Both the position numbers and the translations under genes were made by a program. DNA of 64,000 bases from Azolla caroliniana (Eukaryota > Plantae > Polypodiophyta), in contig JBHGNT010000017.1 in NCBI GenBank assembly GCA_043228905.1, positions 11,718,001 through 11,782,000 of the forward strand. Direction: 5' to 3'. The notes below the pieces were generated by a model. It was given only the letters and a program-made list of their open reading frames with translations, did no database searches and had not been told where the DNA came from. Of this stretch, positions 1-10,994 are shown piece after piece. Numbering within the stretch: the first letter of the stretch is position 1; the number at the start of each line of letters is the position of its first letter.

Positions 1-146
1 TCGGCATACCGATTCCGGTCCGTCCGTCCACATCTTCTTATATATTAATATATATATTAAGACTACTAATTACAACGGTTCCCGAATAACTATTCCTTTC
101 ACACTCTGGTTTGGACCTCCTTAAGCCTTCTTGCCGGCCGGTAACA
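1..146 (-). repeat. 3' LTR of A1 (partial)
   Basis: Begins TGTTACCGG on minus strand; near-identical to 7262-7407 and the reverse complement of 48365-48510. Confidence 0.92.
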
Positions 147-148
147 CA

Positions 149-192
149 TGGCACGCCCGTGGGACAGTACCTTGTACGTCGAACCCATTATC
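149..192 (-). other. tRNA-3'-end-like motif at the PPT position of A1
   Basis: Minus strand GATAATGGGTTCGA-CGTACAAGGTACT-GTCCCACGGGCGTGCCA-TG-[LTR]; no purine tract next to the LTR. Confidence 0.8.
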
Positions 193-200
193 CGGCCCTT

Positions 201-3190
201 TTACGCTTCGTCCAAAATGTCCAGAATGTTTTGCTCCAAAATTTCCAATGGCTCGTCGGGAATCTGTTGTTGCTGTTGTGGCTGCTGCTCTGTTTGTGGC
301 TGTGGCTCCGTTTGTCGCTCTGGCACCGGCGTTTCCTTCGTTGGTTCCTCCGTCGGAGTTGTCTGTGGCTGACTGACCCCGGCCTGGTCCCCCTCCGGTC
401 CTTGCACCGGCGACGGTTCCTCATCACTAAGGTTGACCGTTGCCGCCTTTCGCGCTTTTTCTTCCTGGAGCCGGGATACTCATAACTTTCGAATTGGATT
501 TGAGCCTCCAGCCGATCGTCGTCCAGTTGATCTATGAGCTGTCGGACCTGCACCAATTGTTCTTCCGCCAGCACATCCCTTATGGCGGTGAAGTCCTCCG
601 AGGTCAGCGTATAACAGTTGTCACCCTCCTTTCGCCTGTTTTCCACGTCCCCCCTAAGCAATTGGAGTTTCGCCGTATTCTGCGCCCATTTCGCCCACCA
701 ACGCACCGAGCTATCGTCAATCAAGCTTTTGGTCTTAGTGAGCCATGACCGAAGGATGCACTGGATCCGTTCGGCTCCCATCTGTGATTTATTTTCTGTG
801 GCTTGTCGCTCTTCCTTCAATTGCTTGATGATCCGAACCGTGTCCGCCTCTTGCTTCCTATAATGTGACAATTAATTTTGATAGGTTGTTTGCAACCTCT
901 GTAATACCATTATCGCTCTTTCCTTGTCTTCATGGTTCTATTTGTGGAGCTCCATCCGGTCATTCGCCGCTTCCTCCAATAGCCTAGAACTTTCCGCTTG
1001 TTCTTCGGCGAGTGCCGTTGTGGCCCTATCAACTTCTTGCCGGAGCTGAGCCATCCGTTCCTGTTGTTGCTTATGCTCCGTCTCCAGCTGCTTGTTGTCC
1101 CGATGCAGATGATCAAAACCATCAGTCTTCTGCTTCAGCCTTTGGTTGATCTGCCAACGCGCGCGGTCCTCCCGGTCCTTCTGTTGCCGGAACTCTTCCT
1201 TCAGCCTCTCGATTTCCGTTTCCGCCATCCGTCGCAACTTGTCTTTTTCTTGCAGCAATTTCTCTTTTTCCTCCTTCAGCCAGTCGTAAGCATGATGTCC
1301 TTTACGCAGGTTTTCCTCTGCCCGGCGAAGGTTCTCAACAGTCTTTTTTAATTCTTCTTCGGCTGCCTTCTTTAAGTCGCGTTCGCGGCTCTGTAATGCT
1401 TCTTGTGCGGCGAGCTCATCTCGTAATTCTGCAAGCTCTTGGGCTTGTGCTGCATCTTTCTCCGGGACAGTTTGTGTCTCCGAGGTCTTATTCCTCTATA
1501 CATTAACCGGAGTCACCGGTGCTTGGATCTGCGTTGTGGTTAAGGCCATTTTGGCCATATCTCCTGTGATCCAATCCAAGTCTTGTTCGAGGCACCGGAT
1601 CCTTGACCGGGCCGTCTCCAGTTCATCGGTTGTGACGAGCAACCGTTCCGTTTGCGCTCTTTCCTCCGCCTCTATGCATCCGACTACTTCGGCAATTTGG
1701 TCTCCTATCCACTGGAGCCATTGGCTGCCGGTGCACTGTTGTTGCGCTTGCACGGAGAGTTGGCTGATGGGTTCACTCGCCGGTGGCTGGTCCCGCCTTA
1801 CTGCGTCGAGCTGCGCTTCTGGTTCTGCCAGCTGACCAGTTTGCCGTTCCGGCTCTGAGTGTGTTTTGGCTAGTCTCTCCTTGTTTGCTTGTTCTTGGCC
1901 GGCTGGGAAGGTTGGCCTTTGTATATTTGGCTCTTGAGTTACGGGGCTTGCCTGTGTTGCCTGTTGTGCAGGGACTTCTGTGACCGGTTCCCTCCGAACC
2001 GGTTCCGGTACCTCCCTTGGCGTGGGATGCTCAGTGTGAGTTGTGGGCGTTCCATCCTTCAACGGTGCTCTTCACCAGCCGCCGCTGGAGGTGCTCCGTG
2101 GGTTCTTCCTCCATTTCTTCCACCTGAGTCCCGACATTCATTCTTGCCGCTAGGGTGTCCATTTCCTATTGCACCGGTTGGTGGAGTGGGCTCTCTTCAG
2201 GGGCCATGCCGGTGTCTCCTCACTTGCATCCGTCGGCCGCTTCCGGCTGGCGCGCTCCTTCGCCGCCTTCTCTGCGTCGGCCGTCTTCCCCTTAGTGGCC
2301 TTGGAGGCCAACAGTTGTTGGCATTTCGAAGCAGGTTTCGGGGTGCCGTCTGTTGCTCTTCCCCGCTTCTTGGTTTGGACGGGCTCGACCGGTAGCGCCA
2401 ACAAGGTGAGCCATTGTGTAACCACATGCCATATTTTCTGGCATTCCTTGCCGTCCTTTCCTCTTACTATATCAATGGTTGTACACAGCCCGTCGGCGAT
2501 CAACACCGGCCAATCTACCTTGACCCCTTCGTACGTTGTGATGATCAAGCCTGCTCGGTTCTGAGGCATGATGGGGGGTCGAGGGTACATGTGGCCGAAC
2601 TCATGGAGCACACGGGCAATTTCACGGAATAGCATATCTTCGCCGCCCTGTGTCCTATAGCCCTTGGTGGCTAGAGAGTACTCACCGAAATATTTGATGA
2701 GTTGCTCGGAGGTAGGATTGTCGATCGTGTAGATGCCTCCCTCCGGAAGGCCTATTAATGCACGGATCGCCTCCTCCGTGATCACCTCTGTGTCGATTTC
2801 TTTTATAATCTTTTCGGCCTCCTTGTGTGGCGCCGCCTCCATGATAGTTAAGAAACCCTCCAGACCGTGCTGCCGTAACCATTTCTTGGTGGCTTCAGAC
2901 AGCGTTTGGCAGTCCATCTCTGCGTCAAGGTCGTCGAGCGTTGGCGAGGTTTGATGGTGGGGAGAGTGTGAGAGAGAAAGTTTTGAGGGAGGGGGTTCTC
3001 TGTGTGCGAGCTCTCTACGATTGATCTTCACGCGTCGCTCTGCGTCTGTTCTCCTTGGTTCGCTATAGGAGAAGGTCTCGATGCGTGGGGGTTTTTCTCT
3101 CTACATCTTGGCGCCTTTTTTGAGCCTCCGCATGTGCAGGTCGTGTACTATAATAGCATTGCGTGCCATGTGGCGGTGGTTTAATGTCCT
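201..3190 (-). pseudogene. Extra 3' ORF of A1 (N-terminal plant-mobile-domain-like region, long coiled coil, Q/E/P-rich tail), disrupted
   Basis: Fragments 2150-3031 (ITEEAIRALIGLPEGG, VDWPVLI), 1496-2062, 938-1258, 188-871 and 201-407 are colinear with 45072-48310 and 7408-8513. Confidence 0.75.
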
Positions 3191-3322
3191 ATTCATAGCC
3201 TCGCGTACCTTTTCGACGTGCCTCTTTACTCCTCGTGTGCATGGCCGTTTTCACCTCTCCTTTCCATAATTTATTTGATTCGCTCCTTTATTCTTTTCTT
3301 TTCTTTTTTTTCACTTGTGTGG

Positions 3323-6300
3323 TTAATTTTTCCCCGGTCCTGTCGGACCTTTACTCGAAATGTGCAACTTGTCGGCCTCTTGACAGTTTGCTGTCGTTTT
3401 GCTCTCCTCGGTTGCCAGCTCATGATCCTCCTTACTGGCTTGGTGGTAGCCGTCGTCTTCACCGGTTGCCGTTATGGTTGGCCTGCCGGCGTCTGATTCG
3501 GTGGCGGCCCTTCGTTCAAATGGGTTCTTAGGCATAGGTCCTTTGTATGGTTTTAGTCTAAATCCGTTGACCCATTTGCCCAGCACTTCTCCGGCAAGTG
3601 TCCCGAACTGGTAGGACCCATTGAACTCACATGTGATCTAGTACGGTCCGGTCCATCTAAACCGTAGTTTACCTGGCATTTTGCCCATCCAGGTCTGGAA
3701 CACGAGTACCGGCTTGCCGGTTCCGAACATCTTTTCGTTTCCCTTCCGGTGTCGATCTACAAATGCTTTCCGTCTTCGTTGTTCCAATTCCAGGTACGTA
3801 ATGCTCGCCAGTCGGTGTTCTTCCAGTTCACACAGAGCCTTTAACCGAATTGCCTCCGATTCCTTTTCGTTCAATCGTTCCCGAATCTGAATCCGTAAGC
3901 TTGGTACCTGGAACTCAACCGGCATGACTGCCTCTAATCCGAATGCTAACCGGAACGGTGTTGTTTGGATGCTTGTTTTGTATGTTGTTCGGTAAGCCCA
4001 GAGCGCACTGTGCAGCTTTGTATCCCAATCCATTTAGTTTTCGTTGACAATTTTCCGGAGGATATTCTAGAGTGTTTTGTTCGTCGACTCAGCTAACCCG
4101 TTTGCTTGCGGATAGTACGGTGTGCTTCGTTTATGTACTACTGCATAGAACGTCGTCAAACTTTCTACCACCTGTCCAAGAAAGTGCCCTCCTTCGTCGC
4201 TTATTAGCTCTATGGGGCATCCATACCGGCACCAAATGTATTCGTATAAGAATTTTGCCGTTGACGCCGCGGTGTTGTCTCGTAGGGCTTTCTCTTCCAC
4301 CCACTTAGTGCAGTAATACGTCGCGATGATCACGTATCGGTTGCCGGTTCTCATTGCCGGTGGTTTAAATGGCCCGACAAAATCCAGCCCCCATTTCTGG
4401 AATGGTTCTAGTGGTAGGACTGGCTGGTGTGGCATCCGAGCTTGTTCCGTTGGTTGACCCATTCGTTGGCATAGATCACACTCCTTCGCATACCGGACAA
4501 CATCTTTCAATGTGGTCGGCCACCATAGGCCACTTTGCCATACTTTCCTTGCCGTCGCATCTCCAGCATAATGGCCTCCGGCGACTCCGCAGTGTGCCTC
4601 CCATAGTATTACCTCCTTCTCGTCGTTACGCACGCTCGTTGCCAGATACTGTCCGCACCTTTGTGGTATAGCGTGTCCTGTAATAAACAGAAGTGTCGGC
4701 TTTGTACCGCCAGGCGCTTTCTCTCGTCCCGGTTCATCTCCTGCGAAGCCAATCAAGTACTTAGAAACTGGTGCATATTAGTTAGCCTCTTATCTTCTTG
4801 TGCCATCGTTTCATCTGTTGCCGTTTCCGTGGTGACTCGAAATAGCTCTGCATCCAGAAACTCGTCCGGTACTCCGTCACCTGTCTCCCCGGAATCTAAC
4901 CGGCTTAGATAATCTGCTACCGCATGCTGTATGCCGGGTCGGTGGAATATCTCGAATTCGAACTCTTGCAACAACAAAGTTCACCAGGCCAACTTACCGG
5001 TAAGTGACTCTTTGGATACTAGGTAGAGGAGTGCCGAATGATCCACATGGAAGGAGAACTTTCTTCCCAATAAATAATGCCTAAATTTTGTTACACTGTA
5101 GATCATTCCTAAAGCTTCCCTTTCTGTGGTAGAATAATTTCGTTCTGCTTGGGATAGCTTCCGGCTGGCATAGTACACTGGCCGGTACCACCTTGGCTCG
5201 GTAAGCTGCATGAGCGCGCTGCCGATTGCGATATCGGAGGCGTCCATGAACACATGAAACTCTTTACTCCAATCCGGAGGCTCCACTACCGGTGCTTGTG
5301 ACAATAACACCTTTAGTGCCCGGTACGCCTTGTCTTCGATGTCGGTCCATTGGAACGGTGTTCGATGTACTGCCGCATGCAGAAGTGTAGCCAGGTCTGC
5401 CAAATATCGGAGCATACGGCTATGCCAGCGGATTTGTCCTAGGAAACGGCTCAATGCCTTTGCCGTTGCCGTTGCCGTTGCTTCCAGGATTGCTTTCACT
5501 TTTGTCTGGATCTACGGCAATGCCTTCCTTGCTCACTATATGCCCTAATAGCGTTCCGCTGGACACTCCAAATACACACTTCTCCGGATTCAGGCTTAGC
5601 CGGTACGCCGTACACTTCTCTAGACATAGTTTGAGATGCTGCAAATGATCTTCTTCTCTGTTATAGACGGTGAAGTCGTCAAGGAACACCTGCATAAAAT
5701 ACGGTATGTATTCGCCAAAGATCTCCATGATGATCCGTTGGAATGTTGATGGTGCCGTTTTCAGCCCGAACATCATCACCACAACAACAAACACTCCCCA
5801 TTCGGTGACGAAAGCTGTTTTCTCTTGATCCTCAGGGTGCATCCGGATCTGATTATACCCGCTGAATCCGTCTAAGAAACTATAGACTTCATGGCTGGCG
5901 ACGACATCCAAAACTCAATCCGTAAACGGAAGTGGAAATGCATCCGTTACCGTTGCCGCATTGAGCTTCTGGTAGTCAACACAAACTCTAATTTTGCCGT
6001 TCATTTTTGGTACGACTACGATCGGGCTCAGCCATGTAGATTTCTTTACGGGACGGATGAAGCCAACCCTCAGCAATTTGTCGATCTCCTCCTTGACTTT
6101 GGCGGCGTAGTTTGGGTTCATCCGGTATCGACGCTGTGCTACCGGCTTGGCGTCTTTGCTCAGATGTATCTAGTGCTGATACAACTGAGGATCCAGGCCT
6201 CTCATATCCTCGTAAGACCAGGCAAATACGTCGCGAAACTCATTCAGGAGTGTAATTATCGCCGTTTTGTTCTCTGCATTCATTTCTTTGGCGATGTGCA

Positions 6301-6884
6301 CCGGTTTTGCCTCCTCCGCCGTTCCTAGATTTACCTCTTCTAATTGAGACGCTTTTACGCACTGGGATACGACCATTTCCCTTTCCAACGCCTCCTGCGC
6401 ATGCCATAACTCCCGGATTGCTTCTTTATCCGGTTCTGCTTCGGTTCCGTCCGGTTGCAGTAAGTAGGGTGATACTGCTTCGGCGTCGTCAATTTCGAAT
6501 AGGGGTACAATCTTCGGGTTCTCTAGCAAGTACTGCTCTTCTTCTTCGTCTGCTAATCCTTCCAACATATTGACGCACTCCGCATATAATGGTGTCAGAT
6601 CCTTGCCGGTGCCCTTCCTTGGTTGTGTTCGTACCCGTACCTTCGCTTTTCCCCGCCGGAACGTAATCATATTCCTCCTCCAGTTCTGCTTGATGTGTGC
6701 CGTCTTTAACCAAGGGCGTCGCAACAATAATGGGTACACTCCTTGAGCCTGCAACTGGAGAACTACGGCTGAGATTCGGAATGTGTGGCCCCCGATGGTT
6801 ACTTCCAAGTTCTGTATTAATCCTGTCGGTCGCACCGAGCTTGTGTCCACCATTCGGAGCTAGAACGGACATGGCTCCCACTCT
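3323..6884 (-). pseudogene. pol: Gypsy pol (C-terminal protease, RT, RNase H, integrase) with stops and frameshifts
   Basis: LDGFSGYNQI, FLDD, DASD, YSTTERE, HCGVAGGH..CDLC, WGLDFVGP, PQANG, WTGPY motifs. Confidence 0.95.
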
Positions 6885-6952
6885 GTAACTGGGTCGTCTG
6901 TTGGCCTAGTCATCCATTCCTGTCGCTGTTCACTGTGATTATACAGGAATCT

Positions 6953-6961
6953 TGGTCGCCA
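6953..6961 (-). promoter_or_regulatory. Primer-binding site of A1 (TGGCGACCA, tRNA-Arg-like)
   Basis: Follows the 5' LTR after a 7-nt CAGTTTT spacer; starts with TGG. Confidence 0.7.
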
Positions 6962-6968
6962 AAAACTG

Positions 6969-7407
6969 TGTTATTGCTAGGGCCGGACAACAGCCTAACA
7001 TAGGGTGTCCACTTAAGACACTTCACCAAAGGGTGGTACGGTAGAATGATTTACGACACACTGCTTAATTAGACCTTTATATAATTAACACGCGTAAGAT
7101 ATAACAATGAATACAGAACGGTAATTAACACTGGAAGATTAAGACAATAAGCTTTATTAATTATCCACTCCTGATTACATTGTAACCGGGCCTTTATATA
7201 GGTCTCCGATGCGACAAAACGGTGCCAACCGGCACCTTTATGGGATCGTTCCGGATCCGGATCGGCATACCGATTCCGGTCCGTCCGTCCACATCTTCGT
7301 ATATATTAATATATATATTAAGACTACTAATTACAACAGTTCCCGAATAACTATTCCTTTCACACTCTAGTTTGGACCTCCTTAAGCCTTTTGGCCGACC
7401 GGTAACA
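6969..7407 (-). repeat. 5' LTR of A1 (439 bp)
   Basis: TGTTAC...AATAACA termini; CTATATAAAGG TATA box and AATAAA in element orientation. Confidence 0.93.
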
Positions 7408-8519
7408 ATAAGTTGCGACGGATGGCAGAAATGGAGATTGAAAGACTTAAAGAAGAACTCCGTCAATAGAAAGATCGGGAACACCGCGCTCGCCGGCAAC
7501 TCAACCAGAAGCAGAAGCAGAAGACCGATGATTTTGAGCACCTGCACTGGGACTATAAGCACATGGATATGGAGTATAAGAAGCAGCAGGAGAAGATGGC
7601 AGAGCTCCGGTAGGAAGTTCATCGAGCCGAGACAGTGCTAGCTGAAGAACGGGCTGAAAGAACAACGCTATTGGAGGAAGCTGCGCAGGAACGTATGGAG
7701 CTCTAGAAGCAGCATTATGAAGAAAAGGAAAGAGCAACAATGGTATTGTAGAGGTTGCAAAACACCTACCAAAACCAATTGTCACATTACCGGGAGCAGG
7801 AGGCAGACACGGTGAAGCTGATCAAGCAATTGAAGGAAGAATGGCAAGCCGCGGAGGACAAATCAAAGATGGGACTTGAGCGGATCCAGTTCATTGTCTA
7901 GGCATGGAGGAACAAGAAAAAATGCTTGATTGATGAAAGCTCCGTGCAATGGTGGTACAAATGGGCAAGGCACACAACCGAGGAAAACTGGCAGAAGGAT
8001 GGTGACGACTGCTACATGCTAACAAAGGAGGACTTCACCGCCGTAAGAGATGAGTTAGCAGAAGACTTTGTAACTCTGGCGGAGGAACAGTCAACAGTGG
8101 TCCGGCAACTGGTAGCACATTTGGATGATGATCGATTGGATGCTTAAATCCAGTTTGAAAGCTATGAGCGGACTAGGCTACGGAAAGAAGAAGCAAGGCA
8201 GGTGGCGACCGTCAACCTCAGTGATGAGGAGCCATCGATGGGGCAAGGATCCGATGGGGACAAGGTTGAAGCGAGTCAACCGGAGTCAAATCCGGCAGAG
8301 CAGTTGACGGAGGAATCACCGCCACAACTGCCGGTATCAGGAGCCGAACAGACGCCATCCAAGGAGCAACAATTGGAGGAGCCGAAGCCGGAGCAACAAC
8401 AGCCACAACCACAACAACAGCAGTCACAACCACAATAGCAACCATAACAGATTCCCGAAGAACCATTGGACACCCTAGAGCAGAGTATTCTGGATATCTT
8501 GGACGAAGGCTAAGGGCCG

Positions 8520-8564
8520 GATAGTGGGATTCGACGTACAAGGTACTGTCCCACGGGAGTGCCA
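8520..8564 (+). other. tRNA-3'-end-like motif at the PPT position of A2
   Basis: GATAGTGGGATTCGA-CGTACAAGGTACT-GTCCCACGGGAGTGCCA-TG-[TGTTAC]. Confidence 0.8.
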
Positions 8565-8566
8565 TG

Positions 8567-9008
8567 TGTTACCCGACCGGCAAAGGAGTAAAGACCAGAA
8601 TGTGAAAGGGATTATATATTCGGAATCTATTATAATTAAGTAGTTTATGAGACGTGAACGGACGGACCGGAGTCGGTATGCTGATCCGGATCCGGACCGG
8701 TTCCAAACAGGTGCCGGTTGGCACCGTTTTGTACTCAGCACCAATGACCTATATAAAGGCCCGGTTACAATGTAAAACTTTGACGGATAATTAATAGAGC
8801 TTCTTGTTTTATCTTTAAGTGTTGATTACCATTTTGTGCTAATTGTTCTATCATACGCGTGTATCAAGTCTAATGCCATATTGCTAAGTAACCAATTAAA
8901 GTCTGATTAATCGTTGAGTCTTAAGTTATCTCGCCGTAGCACCCCTTTGGTGAAGTGTCTTCCGTAGACACCCTGTGTTAGGCCATTGTCCGGCCCTAAG
9001 GAGTAACA
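8567..9008 (+). repeat. 3' LTR of A2 (442 bp, subfamily variant)
   Basis: TGTTAC...GTAACA termini; alignable to A1/A3 LTRs. Confidence 0.88.
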
Positions 9009-10651
9009 GTTATGATGGAACTCAATGATGGTTCCATTCGAAGTTGCTTGACTTATTGAGAGAAGGTTCTTGGTGATACCAGGTACGTGGTACATATCAT
9101 TGATGTTGAAGTTTCCTCCTCCGGCAAGATGAAATGTAAGTTGGCCTTTTCCTAATGCTTATTTTACTCCATTAATTCCAAATCTAACAGTTATTGGATT
9201 TTGTAGGGGTGTGTACCTTTCAAGCCAATCCGATCGATGTGTGAGATGATTTGTTGCTCCGGTGTGGAGATACCATTTGTTGTCCTTTGTTGGTATCTCC
9301 GCGACAAGTGCTTCAACCACGAAAGCTTGCATCAAGTCACTGTAACCTTCTTCTTCATATTCATCCTTTTCTTCCATTGAGGTGCCATAAACCTCTTCTT
9401 CTTCTTCTTCTTCGTCTTCATTTCTCTCTTCCCCGAATTCTTCGACAATGTGCGCTTGTGGTGGACGAATGTTGCTTGGAAATCTCCGAATCTTTTGTTT
9501 TGCCTTACATTCTTGTGGTGTGTGGCTTGATCTTTTGCAAATGTTGCAATAAGACCTAGTGAACTTCATTCCTCCTTTCGTCATAGGTGCATTAGTCCAC
9601 TGATTCTTGAAACTCTTGTATCTTGGTTGTGATTTGAAATGAGGTCGATAGGGTGCCATAGTGATTGCTTGTGTTGATGTGTTTTCTTCTCTTGTCTTTC
9701 TCATCGAGTCTTCTTGCCTTATGTCTCCCATGAGATCTTCCACAGTAGCTTGTTTATTTAAATTTTGTGTAGTCACAAAAGATGACCAAGAAGAGGGTAA
9801 AGCACCTAATAATAAACATCTTTGTAGTTTGTCGGAAATGTCCAAGCTAGATGTAATTGTATCATCCAATATCTTTTCCCAAGTGGTTAGAAAATTATCT
9901 ACATCTTCTTCTTCTTTCATTGTAAATGTGCATATGCACATTGTGTGTGCACTTGTGCTACATCTGTCTTTGGTTCGTATTGTATCTTTAATTTCTCCCA
10001 AATTTGAGGCGAAGTTTGTAGCTTTCTGACCGCTTCTCCTTGAACATTTGATATATGTGCTAATAATTCCATCTTTGCTACAAGATCTTTCTCTTCCCAA
10101 ATAACTTGATTAGGTCCGGGGAGATTAGGTTTTAGTGATGATCCTAACACTACATTCCAAAGTTTATAGTGTTGAAATAATAATTCGAGTCGAGCACTGC
10201 AAATGCGTTAATTTTGTTTTGATAACTTTACTAATGAAAGTTTATGTGTGTTGAGAATGTTGGCAGGAGATGAGGATTGTGCCATTTTTTTATGGAAGAG
10301 AGCTATCCGGCTTAGCGCTCGTCTTGATGACAAATCGATCAATGCTCCTAGGATTCTCTAGTCTTATTTGATAGATGCGGAAATCTATAAATCTAATACC
10401 ATGTAGAAATTGGCAACTATACAAATAGAGATTGATTGCTAGAGAGAGAGAGAGATCACACATACACAAAATTGTTCTATATTGATTGTGTGTTACATTA
10501 GCCAAAATGGCTTGTTTGTAGAGACGATGGACAAAAAGTTATGTCTCTTCAAATGAAGAGTTTTCTCTAAAGTGTAATAATAAATAACTCTTCATAATAG
10601 ATGTTTTAAAAATAATAAATAAATATTATATTTAGATTAAATATTTCAACA
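9009..10651 (-). mobile_element. Ty1/copia 5' fragment (LTR 10402-10651, PBS, gag-protease)
   Basis: TGTTG...CTACA LTR; PBS TGGTATTAGA at 10392-10401; gag LLGALPSSWSSF, CNICKRSSHTPQEC knuckle, WYLHTGATNH protease, HVPGITKNLLS. Confidence 0.88.
9159..10285 (-). pseudogene. gag: Copia gag-protease (disrupted)
   Basis: 313-aa ORF 9159-10100 with UBN2/gag features, CCHC knuckle and protease motif; upstream frameshift and stop. Confidence 0.82.
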
Positions 10652-10950
10652 TTCCTTTACCTCCCTCCATCTCTAACTAACTCTGTATGTATCCCTTTCT
10701 TCATGTATGGATGGTTGAAGAGGGGTGATCCCACCAATTCCGTGTCTCCATCTTTGTATGAATGGATGTAATCATGTATGTATGGATGGATGGGTGAAAA
10801 GGGAAGAGTGGTTGGGGGCTCACCAACTCTCCCCACCCTCCCCTTTCTCTGTCTTTTTCTCTTTTTCTGTACACACATAAAAATCAACTCATACTTTTTG
10901 TAGTAATTTGACGAGCCTCGTCGCGCATGTATGTGTTGTGTCTACCATTG

Positions 10951-10992
<42 letters not shown>
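10951..10992. repeat. (TAC)14 microsatellite
   Basis: Read directly from sequence. Confidence 0.95.

Positions 10993-10994
<2 letters not shown>

Larger units (their letters stand above)
1..7407 (-). mobile_element. Ty3/gypsy LTR retrotransposon A1 (non-chromovirus; gag deleted; extra 3' ORF); 3' LTR runs off window start
   Basis: Matching LTRs 1-146 and 6969-7407 (~6 differences in the shared 146 bp); PBS TGGCGACCA; RT-RNaseH-integrase order on minus strand; no chromodomain or extra RNase H seen. Confidence 0.93.
7408..9008 (+). mobile_element. 3' part of diverged family-A gypsy element A2 (extra-ORF remnant + 3' LTR), host of A1
   Basis: Coiled-coil ORF remnant homologous to 47040-48310; LTR 8567-9008; interrupts a copia protease region at 9009. 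Confidence 0.88.

Noticed and set aside
111-485. Hydrophobic/Cys-rich plus-strand ORFs resembling membrane or metallothionein proteins (also 8218-8565, 48158-48400)
   Set aside because: Antisense shadows of the CAA/CAG-rich Q/P tail of the extra ORF.
1-7407. Reading A1 as a plus-strand element with PBS at 149-165 and an inverted internal region
   Set aside because: LTR TATA and AATAAA are oriented with gag-pol, a PBS follows the other LTR, no PPT precedes 6969, and the same layout occurs in three copies.
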